Shown: positions 35,894 through 45,865 of the stretch, in pieces
How positions within the stretch are numbered: the first letter of the stretch is position 1
Layout of the letters: every line of letters begins with the position of its first letter
Program-made: the position numbers and the translations under genes
Source: an uncultured virus (IMG/VR IMGVR_UViG_3300043435_001124)
Taxonomy: Duplodnaviria; Heunggongvirae; Uroviricota; Caudoviricetes
Virus record (IMG/VR): IMGVR_UViG_3300043435_001124
Length of the DNA: 64,000 bases
Direction: 5' to 3' (one strand)
Notes under the pieces: generated by a model
What the model saw: only the letters and a program-made list of their open reading frames with translations
Databases searched by the model: none
What the model was told of the DNA's origin: nothing

Positions 35894-37846
35894 ATGCTAT
35901 CACAAGCAGTAATTGAATTAGAAAATAAGTTATTAGAGTTATCTAATGTTTCATATGATTCGATAGATTCTCTTATGAGAAAAATTATGAAATCTTATGA
36001 TATTACTGCTGAAGAACTTCATAATGCTTTTAAATCTAAAAACAAAAAAACACCAGACAATTGGGTTAAAGAAAAAATGAAAAAACTTCAAGAAGACCAT
36101 AAAGAAATTGCATCTGGTAAAAAGCAAGATGATGAAGGATATATGGCAAGAAATGAATTAGATTCAATTGAAAGAGCAATTAAAAATCTACGTCAAAGTA
36201 TAAAGTCCGGAAATCAGCAACTTCCTGCCTGGGTTCAATCCAAAATTACTAAGGCTGCTGATTATATTGATACTGCCGCTGAGTATCTTGAAAGTGATGA
36301 ATCTGTTGATGAAGGTATTAATTTAGATAGTTTAAACATAGATCCAAAAGTAATTAGAGCGAGTGCAAAATCTCAAAAAATAAGAAATCTTTCACAAAAA
36401 GGATCTACTACTGGTGAACGGGAAGCAGCGCAAGGTAAAAGAAGTGGTCCAAGTATTCCTTTAGTTAAACCTGGAGATACTAGTATAAGAAATATTAATG
36501 CTGAATACAAACCATCCTTAGTAGAAAAAATTCTTGGTGAAGAGAAGTGTGGAAAGGGAATGTACTGGTGCAATACTGATGAAGTGTGTAAACCACTTCC
36601 AAAAGGAATGAAAGTTTCGGGACAAAAAATAAAACCAACTGAAGTAGGTATTGGTAAACCGGTTGCTGAGGGTTCTTGCACCCACACTAAAAAAGGAAAG
36701 TCTTGTCCTATTCATGGAACAGATCAATGCCCAATGAGTGAAGAGAAAGACCCTAAAGGACCAGTGAAATCTTACAAATCTCCAGAAGAACTTGCTAAAA
36801 AGCATGGAATATCAGTAGAAGAAATTAAAAAGCAATTAGAAATTGGAACTAAGGTTGAATTTGAACATACCACCAGTAAGAGTTCAGCAAGAATTACTGC
36901 ACTTCAACATTTGGATGAAAAACCAGATTATTATACAAAATTGAAAAAAATGGAGACTCAAAAAGAAAGCAATACAGTAAGAGATGCAAATGGAAACGTA
37001 TATGCGGAATTTATTGACATAATTAAATCTGGAAGTATTAAAGAAGAAAATCCTTGCTGGAAAGGATACAAGCAAGTTGGAACAAAAAAGAAAGGTGGAA
37101 AAGAAGTACCTAATTGTGTTTCGGTCAAAGAAGAGAATATAGATGAGGCAGTAAGACTTCAAGCACAAACTGGAAACAATATTTTTGTTACATTATCTTG
37201 GAGAGGAAAATACTATACTATGCAATTATTCTTCCCCCAATCTAAAATTCCAAGCAGAATAGAAGTTTCTGATGAAATGCAAAAAATTTATCCAGGTTCT
37301 AAAGTAGTTACTTATCGAGTTGCCGATTTTAAACCCGGAGAACCTATAATTTATGCATATAGAGGTGGTGATGGGGGAAAGTTAGGACCTAATAGAAATT
37401 ATGTAAAACCCATGGGTGAACAAAAAGAAATAGAACCTCCGAGAGAAAGGGTTGGTGCTTTAACTGACATTAATATTCCTCAATCTGAACGTGAATCCGC
37501 AAGGCAAAGAACACTTGCTAAAGCAGCAGCAAAGAGAAAAGAACGTGAAATGAAAGAAGAGGTTGAAATATTAGAGGGAAAAAAGTCTGAGATGCCATGC
37601 AACAAACCAAAAGCACAAGCAGTTGGAGATTCTGAGACTGGAAAATCTCACGTAGTCAAAGCGTGTTCTAACGGTCAAGAAAAACTTATTCGTTTTGGTC
37701 AACGAGGAGTAAAAGGTTCCCCAAAGAAAAAAGGGGAATCTAAGGAATATGCAAGCAGAAGGAATAGATTTCAAACTAGACACGCAAAAAATATAGCAAA
37801 AGGAAAAATGTCTGCTGCCTGGTGGTCTAACAAAATAAAATGGTAG
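35894..37846 (+). CDS. Mosaic charged multi-module late protein (650 aa), possible head-internal polyprotein
   Basis: Modules LPAWVQSKIT, EFEHT..A..HLDEKPDYY, CWKGYKQVG.KKKGGKEVPNCV and IRFGQ...F..RH...SAAWW; own late promoter. Confidence 0.7.
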   Translation: MLSQAVIELENKLLELSNVSYDSIDSLMRKIMKSYDITAEELHNAFKSKNKKTPDNWVKEKMKKLQEDHKEIASGKKQDDEGYMARNELDSIERAIKNLRQSIKSGNQQLPAWVQSKITKAADYIDTAAEYLESDESVDEGINLDSLNIDPKVIRASAKSQKIRNLSQKGSTTGEREAAQGKRSGPSIPLVKPGDTSIRNINAEYKPSLVEKILGEEKCGKGMYWCNTDEVCKPLPKGMKVSGQKIKPTEVGIGKPVAEGSCTHTKKGKSCPIHGTDQCPMSEEKDPKGPVKSYKSPEELAKKHGISVEEIKKQLEIGTKVEFEHTTSKSSARITALQHLDEKPDYYTKLKKMETQKESNTVRDANGNVYAEFIDIIKSGSIKEENPCWKGYKQVGTKKKGGKEVPNCVSVKEENIDEAVRLQAQTGNNIFVTLSWRGKYYTMQLFFPQSKIPSRIEVSDEMQKIYPGSKVVTYRVADFKPGEPIIYAYRGGDGGKLGPNRNYVKPMGEQKEIEPPRERVGALTDINIPQSERESARQRTLAKAAAKRKEREMKEEVEILEGKKSEMPCNKPKAQAVGDSETGKSHVVKACSNGQEKLIRFGQRGVKGSPKKKGESKEYASRRNRFQTRHAKNIAKGKMSAAWWSNKIKW

Positions 37847-37858
37847 TGTAATTAAATT

Positions 37859-39520
37859 ATGTCTGAAGAACACTATCTTGGTAATCCACTTCTTAAGAAA
37901 GCAAATACCAAAATTGAATTTACAGAAGATCAAGTACTTGAGTGGATTAAGTGTGCTGAAGATCCAGTATACTTCGCTAAAAAATATATAAAAATAACTA
38001 CACTTGATTATGGATTATCTGATTTTGATATGTATCCATTTCAAGAAGAAATGGTGGATACCTTTCATAAAAATAGATTTACTATATGTAAGTTACCTAG
38101 GCAGTCAGGAAAAAGCACAGTTGTAGTTTCATATCTTCTTCATTATGCAATCTTTAATGATAATACTAATATTGCAATTCTTGCAAACAAAGCAAACACC
38201 GCCAGAGACCTTCTGACGCGCCTTCAAACTGGTTATGAGAATTTGCCCAAGTGGTTACAACAAGGCGTCTTGTCGTGGAACAAGGGGTCCTTAGAACTTG
38301 AGAATAAGTCCAGGATAACGGCCGCATCTACTTCAGCATCTTCTATTCGTGGTGGAACTTATAATATTATTTTTCTGGACGAATTTGCGTTTGTTCCAAA
38401 TACAGTCGCAGATAATTTCTTTAGTTCAGTTTATCCTGTAATTACGTCAGGCAAATCTTCTAAGGTTATTGTCGTAAGCACTCCATACGGTATGAATCAT
38501 TTCTACCGTCTCTGGGATGACGCACAAAAGAGTAGAAATGATTATATTCCAATTGAAGTTCATTGGACTGATGTACCGGGAAGAGATGAAGAGTTTAAAA
38601 GATTAACTATTTCAAATACATCAGAATCCCAATGGAGACAAGAATTTGAATGTTTATTCTTAGGTTCATCAGATACCCTTATATCTGGACCAATATTAAA
38701 TAGATTGGTATTTGATACTCCAAAGACTTCAAGTGCTGGTTTAGATGTTTATGAAGACCCTCAGGAAGATCATACATACGTTGTTACGGTGGATGTTGCT
38801 CGTGGAGTAGAAAAAGATTATTCGGCTTTCGTAGTAATTGATGTATCACAATTTCCACACAAAGTTGTAGGAAAGTATAGAAATAATAAAATAAGACCAA
38901 TATTATTTCCTCAAATTATAAAAGAAGTTGCACTTTCTTACAATAAAGCATATGTTCTATGTGAAGTAAATGATGTTGGAGATCAGGTAGCCGCAGGTCT
39001 TCATTACGACTTAGAATATTCAAATCTTCTTATGAGTTCTATGAGAGGTAGAGCAGGGCAAATATTGGGTCAAGGTTTTTCTGGGAAAAAAGTTCAACTT
39101 GGCGTAAAAATGTCAAAAACAACTAAAAAAGTTGGTTGTTTGAATTTAAAAACTCTCATAGAAGATAATAAATTGACTTTTACCGATTTTGAAATTATCA
39201 ATGAATTAACTACGTTTGTTCAAAAAGCAAATTCATTTGAAGCAGAAGATGGAAGAAATGATGATCTTGTAATGTGTTTGGTAATGTATTCTTGGTTAAT
39301 TCTTCAAGATTATTTCAAAGAACTTACCGATCAAGATATTAGAAAACGAATCTATGAAGAACAAAAGAATCAAGTAGAGCAAGATATGTCTCCTTTCGGA
39401 TTTATTGTTGATGGAGTGAATAATGAGGACACATTTGTAGATAAAGATGGAGATAGATGGTTCACTGACGAATATGGCGACAAGCAATCGGAATTTTCTT
39501 ATATGTGGAATTCTTGGTAA
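37859..39520 (+). CDS. gp17: Terminase large subunit gp17
   Basis: YLGNP.LK, PRQSGKST Walker A, IFLDEFAF Walker B, DDLVM nuclease motif. Confidence 0.96.
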   Translation: MSEEHYLGNPLLKKANTKIEFTEDQVLEWIKCAEDPVYFAKKYIKITTLDYGLSDFDMYPFQEEMVDTFHKNRFTICKLPRQSGKSTVVVSYLLHYAIFNDNTNIAILANKANTARDLLTRLQTGYENLPKWLQQGVLSWNKGSLELENKSRITAASTSASSIRGGTYNIIFLDEFAFVPNTVADNFFSSVYPVITSGKSSKVIVVSTPYGMNHFYRLWDDAQKSRNDYIPIEVHWTDVPGRDEEFKRLTISNTSESQWRQEFECLFLGSSDTLISGPILNRLVFDTPKTSSAGLDVYEDPQEDHTYVVTVDVARGVEKDYSAFVVIDVSQFPHKVVGKYRNNKIRPILFPQIIKEVALSYNKAYVLCEVNDVGDQVAAGLHYDLEYSNLLMSSMRGRAGQILGQGFSGKKVQLGVKMSKTTKKVGCLNLKTLIEDNKLTFTDFEIINELTTFVQKANSFEAEDGRNDDLVMCLVMYSWLILQDYFKELTDQDIRKRIYEEQKNQVEQDMSPFGFIVDGVNNEDTFVDKDGDRWFTDEYGDKQSEFSYMWNSW

Positions 39521-39750
39521 TGAATTTAGATAATCATTTAAGTTTTGAGCACTTATTTTTGTATGAAAGAAAATGTAAAAATTGTAATCAGACTAAAAAT
39601 TTAATTGATGAATTTTATAGAACTAGAAAAGATAGAGGTCATGTTGCATCTTCATATTCATATGAGTGTAAAGAATGCACCAAAAAACGAGTTATTATCT
39701 CAAGAAAGAATGTAATAATAGAAGTAAAATGGGAATATCCTGACTGGTAA
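39520..39750 (+). CDS. Small Zn-finger protein (CxxC...CxxC)
   Basis: CKNC...YECKEC; TAATG coupling with gp17. Confidence 0.7.
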   Translation: MNLDNHLSFEHLFLYERKCKNCNQTKNLIDEFYRTRKDRGHVASSYSYECKECTKKRVIISRKNVIIEVKWEYPDW

Positions 39751-39831
39751 AGTGTTCACGCAGTAATTCCCCCATGAAAAATAATATTTTAATAAATATT
39801 TTTAGTTAACTGAGACTTAGGAGAAAATTAA

Positions 39832-42279
39832 ATGGCGACTCCTCAATTATCTCCGGGTGTTCTGATCCGCGAGGTTGATCTAACTGTAGGGAGAGCTGAT
39901 AATGTTTTAGATAATATTGGAGCAATTGCAGGACCTTTTGCAATTGGACCAGTGAACGAACCAATTGACATTACTACAGAGAATCAACTTATTAACGTAT
40001 TTGGAAAGCCCTCATCAACAGATGCACAGTATGAGTACTGGATGAGTGCTTCATCATTCCTTTCATATGGTGGCGTTCTTAAGGTTATTAGGGTAGATGG
40101 GCAACTAGTAAATGCTAATGCGATTAGAAATACTTCAGGTGTCTCTACTGCAGGAGAACCCACATTAAAGATCAAAAACTTTGATGACTATGAAGCAAAT
40201 TATGCGGATGATATTGCTAATTATATCTTTGCCGCAAAGAATCCAGGTTCTTGGGCAAATGATCTTAAAGTTTGCGTAATTGATGATAAGGCAGATCAAA
40301 TTATTGGTATCAATACAACTAGTTTATCGGGTATTGGTGCTACAGTTGGTGTTGGTGTTACTATTCCTTTAACAAATGTAACTATATCTGAATCGGGAAC
40401 AACCTCAACATTTAATGGATATTTAAAGGGAATTATTACTGGAATCAATACAACTAGTTCTGGACCTAATCCAAGTACAATTGATGTAAAAATAACCTCT
40501 AGAGTATCTGCAGCATCAACACGTTACGATACAGTTACCACAAGATCATTGAGCATTACTGGTACTGCATCAACAACAATACTGTATGTGGATGGTAGCA
40601 ATCTAACACAGTCAATTACAACCAGCAATTTGGTTTCAATTGTAGGTGTTGCGACATATGCCGCAATTACAGGTGTTGCTTCTACTTTCATAACACTTAG
40701 TACGGGTATTGGCGCTACTGTAGTCGCAGGAACTTCAATCCAATTTTCCAATTCAGTTTCTGTAGCATCGACAGAAACCCCGATCACATACGCACAAAGA
40801 AATCAAGGAAGATCAATCCTAACTGGAAACTTATTATCTTTTAATAATATAGTTGGAACATATTCTGTTGCAACGGTAAAAGATTGGTATGATGAACAAA
40901 CATTAGATCTTAATAATTCTTCAATTTATTGGAATTCACTTGCACCAAAACCAGGAACCTCTCAGCATTCTGTTGAAAGAAACGCTAAGAGTGATGAAAT
41001 TCATGTAGTAATTGTTGATGATACTGGTTCCGTGACTGGAATTCAAGGAAATCTCCTTGAGAAGCATATTGGACTATCAAAAGCATCCGATGCAATTTCT
41101 TCAGTAAATTCTCCACAAAAAACTTGGTGGAAAAATTATCTGGCAGTTTACTCTAATTATGTTTATGTTGGAGATAATCCTTCTGACAATACCAAACCAG
41201 GTGAACCAACTGTTCAAACGGGATTTAATGGTCTAGGATCATTTGTCGCATTAACTACCACACAGGGATCTTGGAACGTTGATGCTCAGGATAAAACTTT
41301 TAGTGCCCTTGGAAATGTAACATATAACTTATCTGGTGGTAAAGATTACAATAGTTCAACCGGCGGAATGCAAGCATCTCTCGGTGATCTTATTACTGCA
41401 TACAATTTATTCTCAAATAGAGATGAAATTGCGGTTGATTATCTAATTATGGGACCTGGTTTAGGAAACATCAACGAATCCCAAGGGAAGGCAAATAGTA
41501 TAGTTTCTATTGCAAATCAAAGAAAAGATTGTATTGCAGTAATTTCTCCTCATCGCGGATCTGTTGTAGACATTACAAATTCTGATACCCAAACTGATAA
41601 TATCATTGAATTCTTCAATGGTGTTGCTATATCCTCTTCTTATGCAGTATTTGATAGTGGATATAAGTATACCTACGATAGATTTAATAATAAGTTCCGT
41701 TATATCCCCTGTAACGCCGATGTTGCTGGATTAATGGTTCGAACTAGTATTTTTGCATACCCTTGGTTCTCACCTGCAGGACAGCAAAGAGGAATCTTAA
41801 ACAATGCAATTAAACTTGCTTATAACCCAAATAAAGCACAAAGAGATCAACTTTATCCACTAAGAATCAATTCCATTATCAATCAACCTGGTATTGGTAT
41901 TCTTCTTTACGGAGATAAGACTGCTCTTGGATATGCATCTGCTTTTGATAGAATTAATGTTCGTCGTCTCTTCCTTACAGTTGAGCAAGCACTTGAAAGA
42001 ACTGCTCAGGCACAACTCTTTGAGTTAAACGACGAAATTACAAGAGCAAACTTCGTAAACATTGTTGAACCTTATCTTCGTGATGTTCAGGCAAAGAGAG
42101 GTCTTTATGGATTCCTTGTAAAATGCGATGAATCTAATAACACTCCAGATGTGATTGATAACAATGAATTTAGAGCTGATATTTTCTTAAAACCAGCAAA
42201 ATCAATTAACTATGTAACATTGACCTTTGTTGCAACCAGAACTGGCGTTTCTTTTGAAGAAGTCGCTGGAACTGTTTGA
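39832..42279 (+). CDS. gp18: Tail sheath protein gp18
   Basis: LSPGV..RE.DLT, PWFSPAG and FDRINVRRLF motifs. Confidence 0.96.
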   Translation: MATPQLSPGVLIREVDLTVGRADNVLDNIGAIAGPFAIGPVNEPIDITTENQLINVFGKPSSTDAQYEYWMSASSFLSYGGVLKVIRVDGQLVNANAIRNTSGVSTAGEPTLKIKNFDDYEANYADDIANYIFAAKNPGSWANDLKVCVIDDKADQIIGINTTSLSGIGATVGVGVTIPLTNVTISESGTTSTFNGYLKGIITGINTTSSGPNPSTIDVKITSRVSAASTRYDTVTTRSLSITGTASTTILYVDGSNLTQSITTSNLVSIVGVATYAAITGVASTFITLSTGIGATVVAGTSIQFSNSVSVASTETPITYAQRNQGRSILTGNLLSFNNIVGTYSVATVKDWYDEQTLDLNNSSIYWNSLAPKPGTSQHSVERNAKSDEIHVVIVDDTGSVTGIQGNLLEKHIGLSKASDAISSVNSPQKTWWKNYLAVYSNYVYVGDNPSDNTKPGEPTVQTGFNGLGSFVALTTTQGSWNVDAQDKTFSALGNVTYNLSGGKDYNSSTGGMQASLGDLITAYNLFSNRDEIAVDYLIMGPGLGNINESQGKANSIVSIANQRKDCIAVISPHRGSVVDITNSDTQTDNIIEFFNGVAISSSYAVFDSGYKYTYDRFNNKFRYIPCNADVAGLMVRTSIFAYPWFSPAGQQRGILNNAIKLAYNPNKAQRDQLYPLRINSIINQPGIGILLYGDKTALGYASAFDRINVRRLFLTVEQALERTAQAQLFELNDEITRANFVNIVEPYLRDVQAKRGLYGFLVKCDESNNTPDVIDNNEFRADIFLKPAKSINYVTLTFVATRTGVSFEEVAGTV

Positions 42280-42313
42280 TCATATAAATTAATTACAACA
42301 GGAGGAATTAAAA

Positions 42314-42934
42314 ATGGCTACTATCAAGGGTCTCTCTCAGTTTAAATCCAAGTTAATCGGCGGTGGTGCCCGCCCTAATCTTTTTGAAGTTACTATTCCC
42401 AGTTTTCCTGGTGGTGTAAATTTAGGTGTTCAGGGTGATGGTGCTGGTACATTTGATGCAGAAAACTTTACCTTTCTATGTAAAGCAGCCGCACTTCCAG
42501 CATCTATTATTGCTCCAATTGATGTTCCTTTTAGAGGTCGTATTCTAAAAGTTGCTGGCGATAGGACATTTGATTCTTGGACGGTTACTATTATTAACGA
42601 TGAAAACTTCTCACATAGAAGAGCATTTGAGTCTTGGATGCAGAACATTGGTCAGTACTCTGATCATAGTGGTCTAACCGAACCAAATTCTTATATGACC
42701 GATGCTCAGGTTGTTCAACTTGGTAGAGCATTAGTTAATAGAGAGACTGGAACTGGAACTGGCGGTAATGCTAATGTTCTTGCTCAATATAAGTTTAAGG
42801 ATATTTTCCCAACTAATATTTCACAAATTGATCTCTCTTATGAGACTTCAGATACTATTGAAGAATTCACAGTAGAATTCCAAGTACAGTTCTGGTATCC
42901 AGAAACTCCTGGATCTAACTCTGCTCAGGGTTGA
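42314..42934 (+). CDS. gp19: Tail tube protein gp19
   Basis: GGARPNLFEV, FRGR.LKVAGDRTF and IEEFTVEF motifs. Confidence 0.95.
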   Translation: MATIKGLSQFKSKLIGGGARPNLFEVTIPSFPGGVNLGVQGDGAGTFDAENFTFLCKAAALPASIIAPIDVPFRGRILKVAGDRTFDSWTVTIINDENFSHRRAFESWMQNIGQYSDHSGLTEPNSYMTDAQVVQLGRALVNRETGTGTGGNANVLAQYKFKDIFPTNISQIDLSYETSDTIEEFTVEFQVQFWYPETPGSNSAQG

Positions 42935-42964
42935 TAAATAGTATTATCAAGTTAAACCTTAATT

Positions 42965-44638
42965 ATGACAAAATTATTTGGATTTTCAATTGAGGACACT
43001 CAAACTCAATCACCCACAGTAGTATCCCCCGTCGCTCCTAACAACGAGGACGGGGTTGATCATTATTTGACTAGTGGGTTTTTTGGTTCATATGTAGACA
43101 TAGAAGGTGTCTACAGAAATGAATTTGAAATGATAAAAAGATATCGTGAGATGGCACTTCATCCGGAAGTTGATAGTGCTATTGAAGATATCGTAAATGA
43201 AGCAATCGTATCAGACACTAATGATTCTCCAATAAAAATTGAATTATCCAATTTAAATGCAAGTGATGGAATAAAAGAAAAAATAAGAGAAGAATTTAAA
43301 TATCTTCTTGAATTATTGGATTTTGACAAAAAATCTCACGAAATTTATAGGAATTGGTATATTGATGGTAGACTCTATTATCATAAAGTTATAGATTTAA
43401 AAAAACCTCAAGAAGGAATACAAGAACTTCGGTATATTGACGCAATGAAAATGCGTTATGTACGGCAACAAAAAAAGAAACCAAACGATAATTCAAATTA
43501 CGCGAAAAGTAATGTTGAAAATCCAATGGATTATGATTTTCCTGAGATTGAAGAATATTTCATATACAATCCAAAATCTTCCTATCCCGTTGGTGCAATG
43601 GGAGGACAACCAACTTCTTCACCAACACAAAATGCGGGAGTAAAGATCGCAAGAGACTCAGTTTCATATTGCACTTCTGGGTTGGTAGATAGAAATAAAG
43701 GAACTTGTCTATCTTACCTACATAAAGCAATAAAATCTCTCAATCAACTTCGGATGATTGAAGATTCTTTGGTAATTTATCGTATATCAAGAGCACCAGA
43801 ACGTAGAATTTTCTATATTGATGTGGGTAATTTACCTAAAGTAAAAGCAGAACAATATCTCCGTGATGTTATGATGCGATATCGTAATAAACTTGTATAT
43901 GATGCAAATACCGGTGAAATACGTGATGATAAGAAATTTATGAGTATGATGGAAGATTTTTGGTTGCCACGTAGAGAAGGTGGACGTGGAACTGAAATCA
44001 CTACACTTCCGGGCGGACAAAATCTTGGAGAAATTACTGATATTAAGTATTTTCAAGAAAAACTCTACCGTTCACTAAATGTTCCGCCAACAAGAATAGG
44101 TGGAGAAGGTGGGTTTAATCTTGGACGTTCATCTGAAATTTTAAGAGATGAATTAAAATTTACAAAATTTGTTGGGAGATTGAGAAAAAGATTTTCTAAT
44201 ATGTTCAGTGATATGCTGAGAACTCAATTAATTCTTAAAAATATAATTACTCCAGATGACTGGAAAATTATGAGAGAGCATATTCAATATGATTTCTTAT
44301 ACGATAATCATTTCTCTGAGTTGAAAGAAGCAGAATTAATGACTGAAAGATTGAATATGGCAGCAACAGCAGAACCTTATATTGGTAAATACTATTCACA
44401 AGATTATGTAAGAAGGAAAATTCTTCGTCAAACTGATGAAGAAATTGTGGAACAAGATATTTTAATTAAAAAAGAAATAGAAAGTGGTATTATTCCCGAT
44501 CCAAATGCCCCAATTGATCCAAATACGGGAATGCCTATGGTGACAGGTGATTCTAGTAATGGATCATCTGGACAAGTTCCTATGGATCCGGGAATAGATG
44601 AAAAGAGTATGGAACCCCCAACAGAAAAAGGAATCTAA
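42965..44638 (+). CDS. gp20: Portal protein gp20
   Basis: YRISRAPERRIFYIDVGNLPK and EDFWLPRREGGRGTEI. Confidence 0.97.
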   Translation: MTKLFGFSIEDTQTQSPTVVSPVAPNNEDGVDHYLTSGFFGSYVDIEGVYRNEFEMIKRYREMALHPEVDSAIEDIVNEAIVSDTNDSPIKIELSNLNASDGIKEKIREEFKYLLELLDFDKKSHEIYRNWYIDGRLYYHKVIDLKKPQEGIQELRYIDAMKMRYVRQQKKKPNDNSNYAKSNVENPMDYDFPEIEEYFIYNPKSSYPVGAMGGQPTSSPTQNAGVKIARDSVSYCTSGLVDRNKGTCLSYLHKAIKSLNQLRMIEDSLVIYRISRAPERRIFYIDVGNLPKVKAEQYLRDVMMRYRNKLVYDANTGEIRDDKKFMSMMEDFWLPRREGGRGTEITTLPGGQNLGEITDIKYFQEKLYRSLNVPPTRIGGEGGFNLGRSSEILRDELKFTKFVGRLRKRFSNMFSDMLRTQLILKNIITPDDWKIMREHIQYDFLYDNHFSELKEAELMTERLNMAATAEPYIGKYYSQDYVRRKILRQTDEEIVEQDILIKKEIESGIIPDPNAPIDPNTGMPMVTGDSSNGSSGQVPMDPGIDEKSMEPPTEKGI

Positions 44639-44668
44639 ATAAAGTATAGTTAATTATTTTTTAAAACT

Positions 44669-44824
44669 ATGGATGAATTAATGGATATGATTCTGACAGA
44701 TGAATCGCCGTCACAAATTAGTGATAAAATTAAAGATATTTTATTTGCTAAGTCTACAGAAAAAATAGATTCTTTTAGACCAGCAGTTGCTGCGTCATTA
44801 TTTGATGGTGATGAAGGGGAATGA
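44669..44824 (+). CDS. Small acidic protein (51 aa), possible gp67-like prohead core component
   Basis: Hand-translated MDELMDMILTDESPSQISDKIKDILFAK...; follows the portal gene and a late promoter. Confidence 0.6.
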   Translation: MDELMDMILTDESPSQISDKIKDILFAKSTEKIDSFRPAVAASLFDGDEGE

Positions 44825-44890
44825 ATTTTGTTGGAGTTATAATCTAACTTAACTGAACAATAAATATATAATATAAAACATTGTAAAATA

Positions 44891-45157
44891 ATGCAAAGAA
44901 CTAAAATAATTGGAACTGCAGTTCAAACCCAAACAAGTGCTGGATCCGCTACGAGCATTAGTGCTTCAACTTGCGTTCGTTTATTTAATAATACTGCTGG
45001 CGTTTCAACTGTAAGTATATCAACTTCAGTTGGGGCGGCAACTACCTTGTCATTTGCTATGCCCACAAATTCTGTTGAATTTATAGAAAAACTCCCAACA
45101 GATGTAATTTTTACATCTGTTGCTATTCAAGCAAACCAAGTAGGATTTACTAATTAA
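44891..45157 (+). CDS. Hypothetical structural protein (88 aa)
   Basis: ORF track; late promoter upstream. Confidence 0.75.
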   Translation: MQRTKIIGTAVQTQTSAGSATSISASTCVRLFNNTAGVSTVSISTSVGAATTLSFAMPTNSVEFIEKLPTDVIFTSVAIQANQVGFTN

Positions 45158-45161
45158 GGCA

Positions 45162-45809
45162 ATGAAACTAATCACCGAAGAAATAGAAAAAGTTGAAGTT
45201 ATTACCGAAGGAACTGGTAGTAATAAAAGACTTTATATAACAGGACCTTTCTTACAATCAGAATGTGTAAATAGAAATGGTAGAATGTATCCTTTTTCTA
45301 TTATGGAAAGGGAAGTAAAGCGTTATAATGAAAACTATATTCAAAAAGGTCGTGCTCTTGGGGAATTGGGACATCCAGAAGGACCTACTGTAAATTTAGA
45401 TCGGGTTTCTCATAAAATTGTTTGTCTTGAGCAAAAAGGCAACACTTGGATTGGGAAAGCACAAATTTTATCAACTCCTATGGGTAAAATTGCCGAATCA
45501 CTTCTTGGTGATGGCGTTTGTCTTGGAGTTTCCTCTCGTGGTATTGGATCACTAAGAGAGAACAATAAAGGTTACAAAGAAGTTGGTGAGGATTTTATGC
45601 TTGCCACCGCTGCTGACATTGTTGCAGACCCTTCTGCACCTGATGCTTTCGTCTCAGGAATTATGGAAGGTGTTGAGTGGATTTGGAATAATGGTGTTCT
45701 TGAGCAAAAAGTTTCAAGAATACATAAAAGAATTAATACTTTAGTAGATTCTAAACAACTAGAAGAGAACAAATTAAATTTATTCAATGACTTCTTAAAT
45801 TCATTGTAA
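45162..45809 (+). CDS. gp21: Prohead protease gp21
   Basis: NRNGRMY, ALGELGHP, GVSSRG.GS and DIVADPSAPDA motifs. Confidence 0.96.
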   Translation: MKLITEEIEKVEVITEGTGSNKRLYITGPFLQSECVNRNGRMYPFSIMEREVKRYNENYIQKGRALGELGHPEGPTVNLDRVSHKIVCLEQKGNTWIGKAQILSTPMGKIAESLLGDGVCLGVSSRGIGSLRENNKGYKEVGEDFMLATAADIVADPSAPDAFVSGIMEGVEWIWNNGVLEQKVSRIHKRINTLVDSKQLEENKLNLFNDFLNSL

Positions 45810-45865
45810 TTTCTTAAATTATAAATAAATATAGTTATTAACAAAGGTTAAAACGGAGAGTTCAA

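Noticed and set aside
39520..39750. Homing endonuclease after gp17
   Set aside because: Only a short CxxC/CxxC module is present; no HNH or GIY-YIG catalytic motif is visible.
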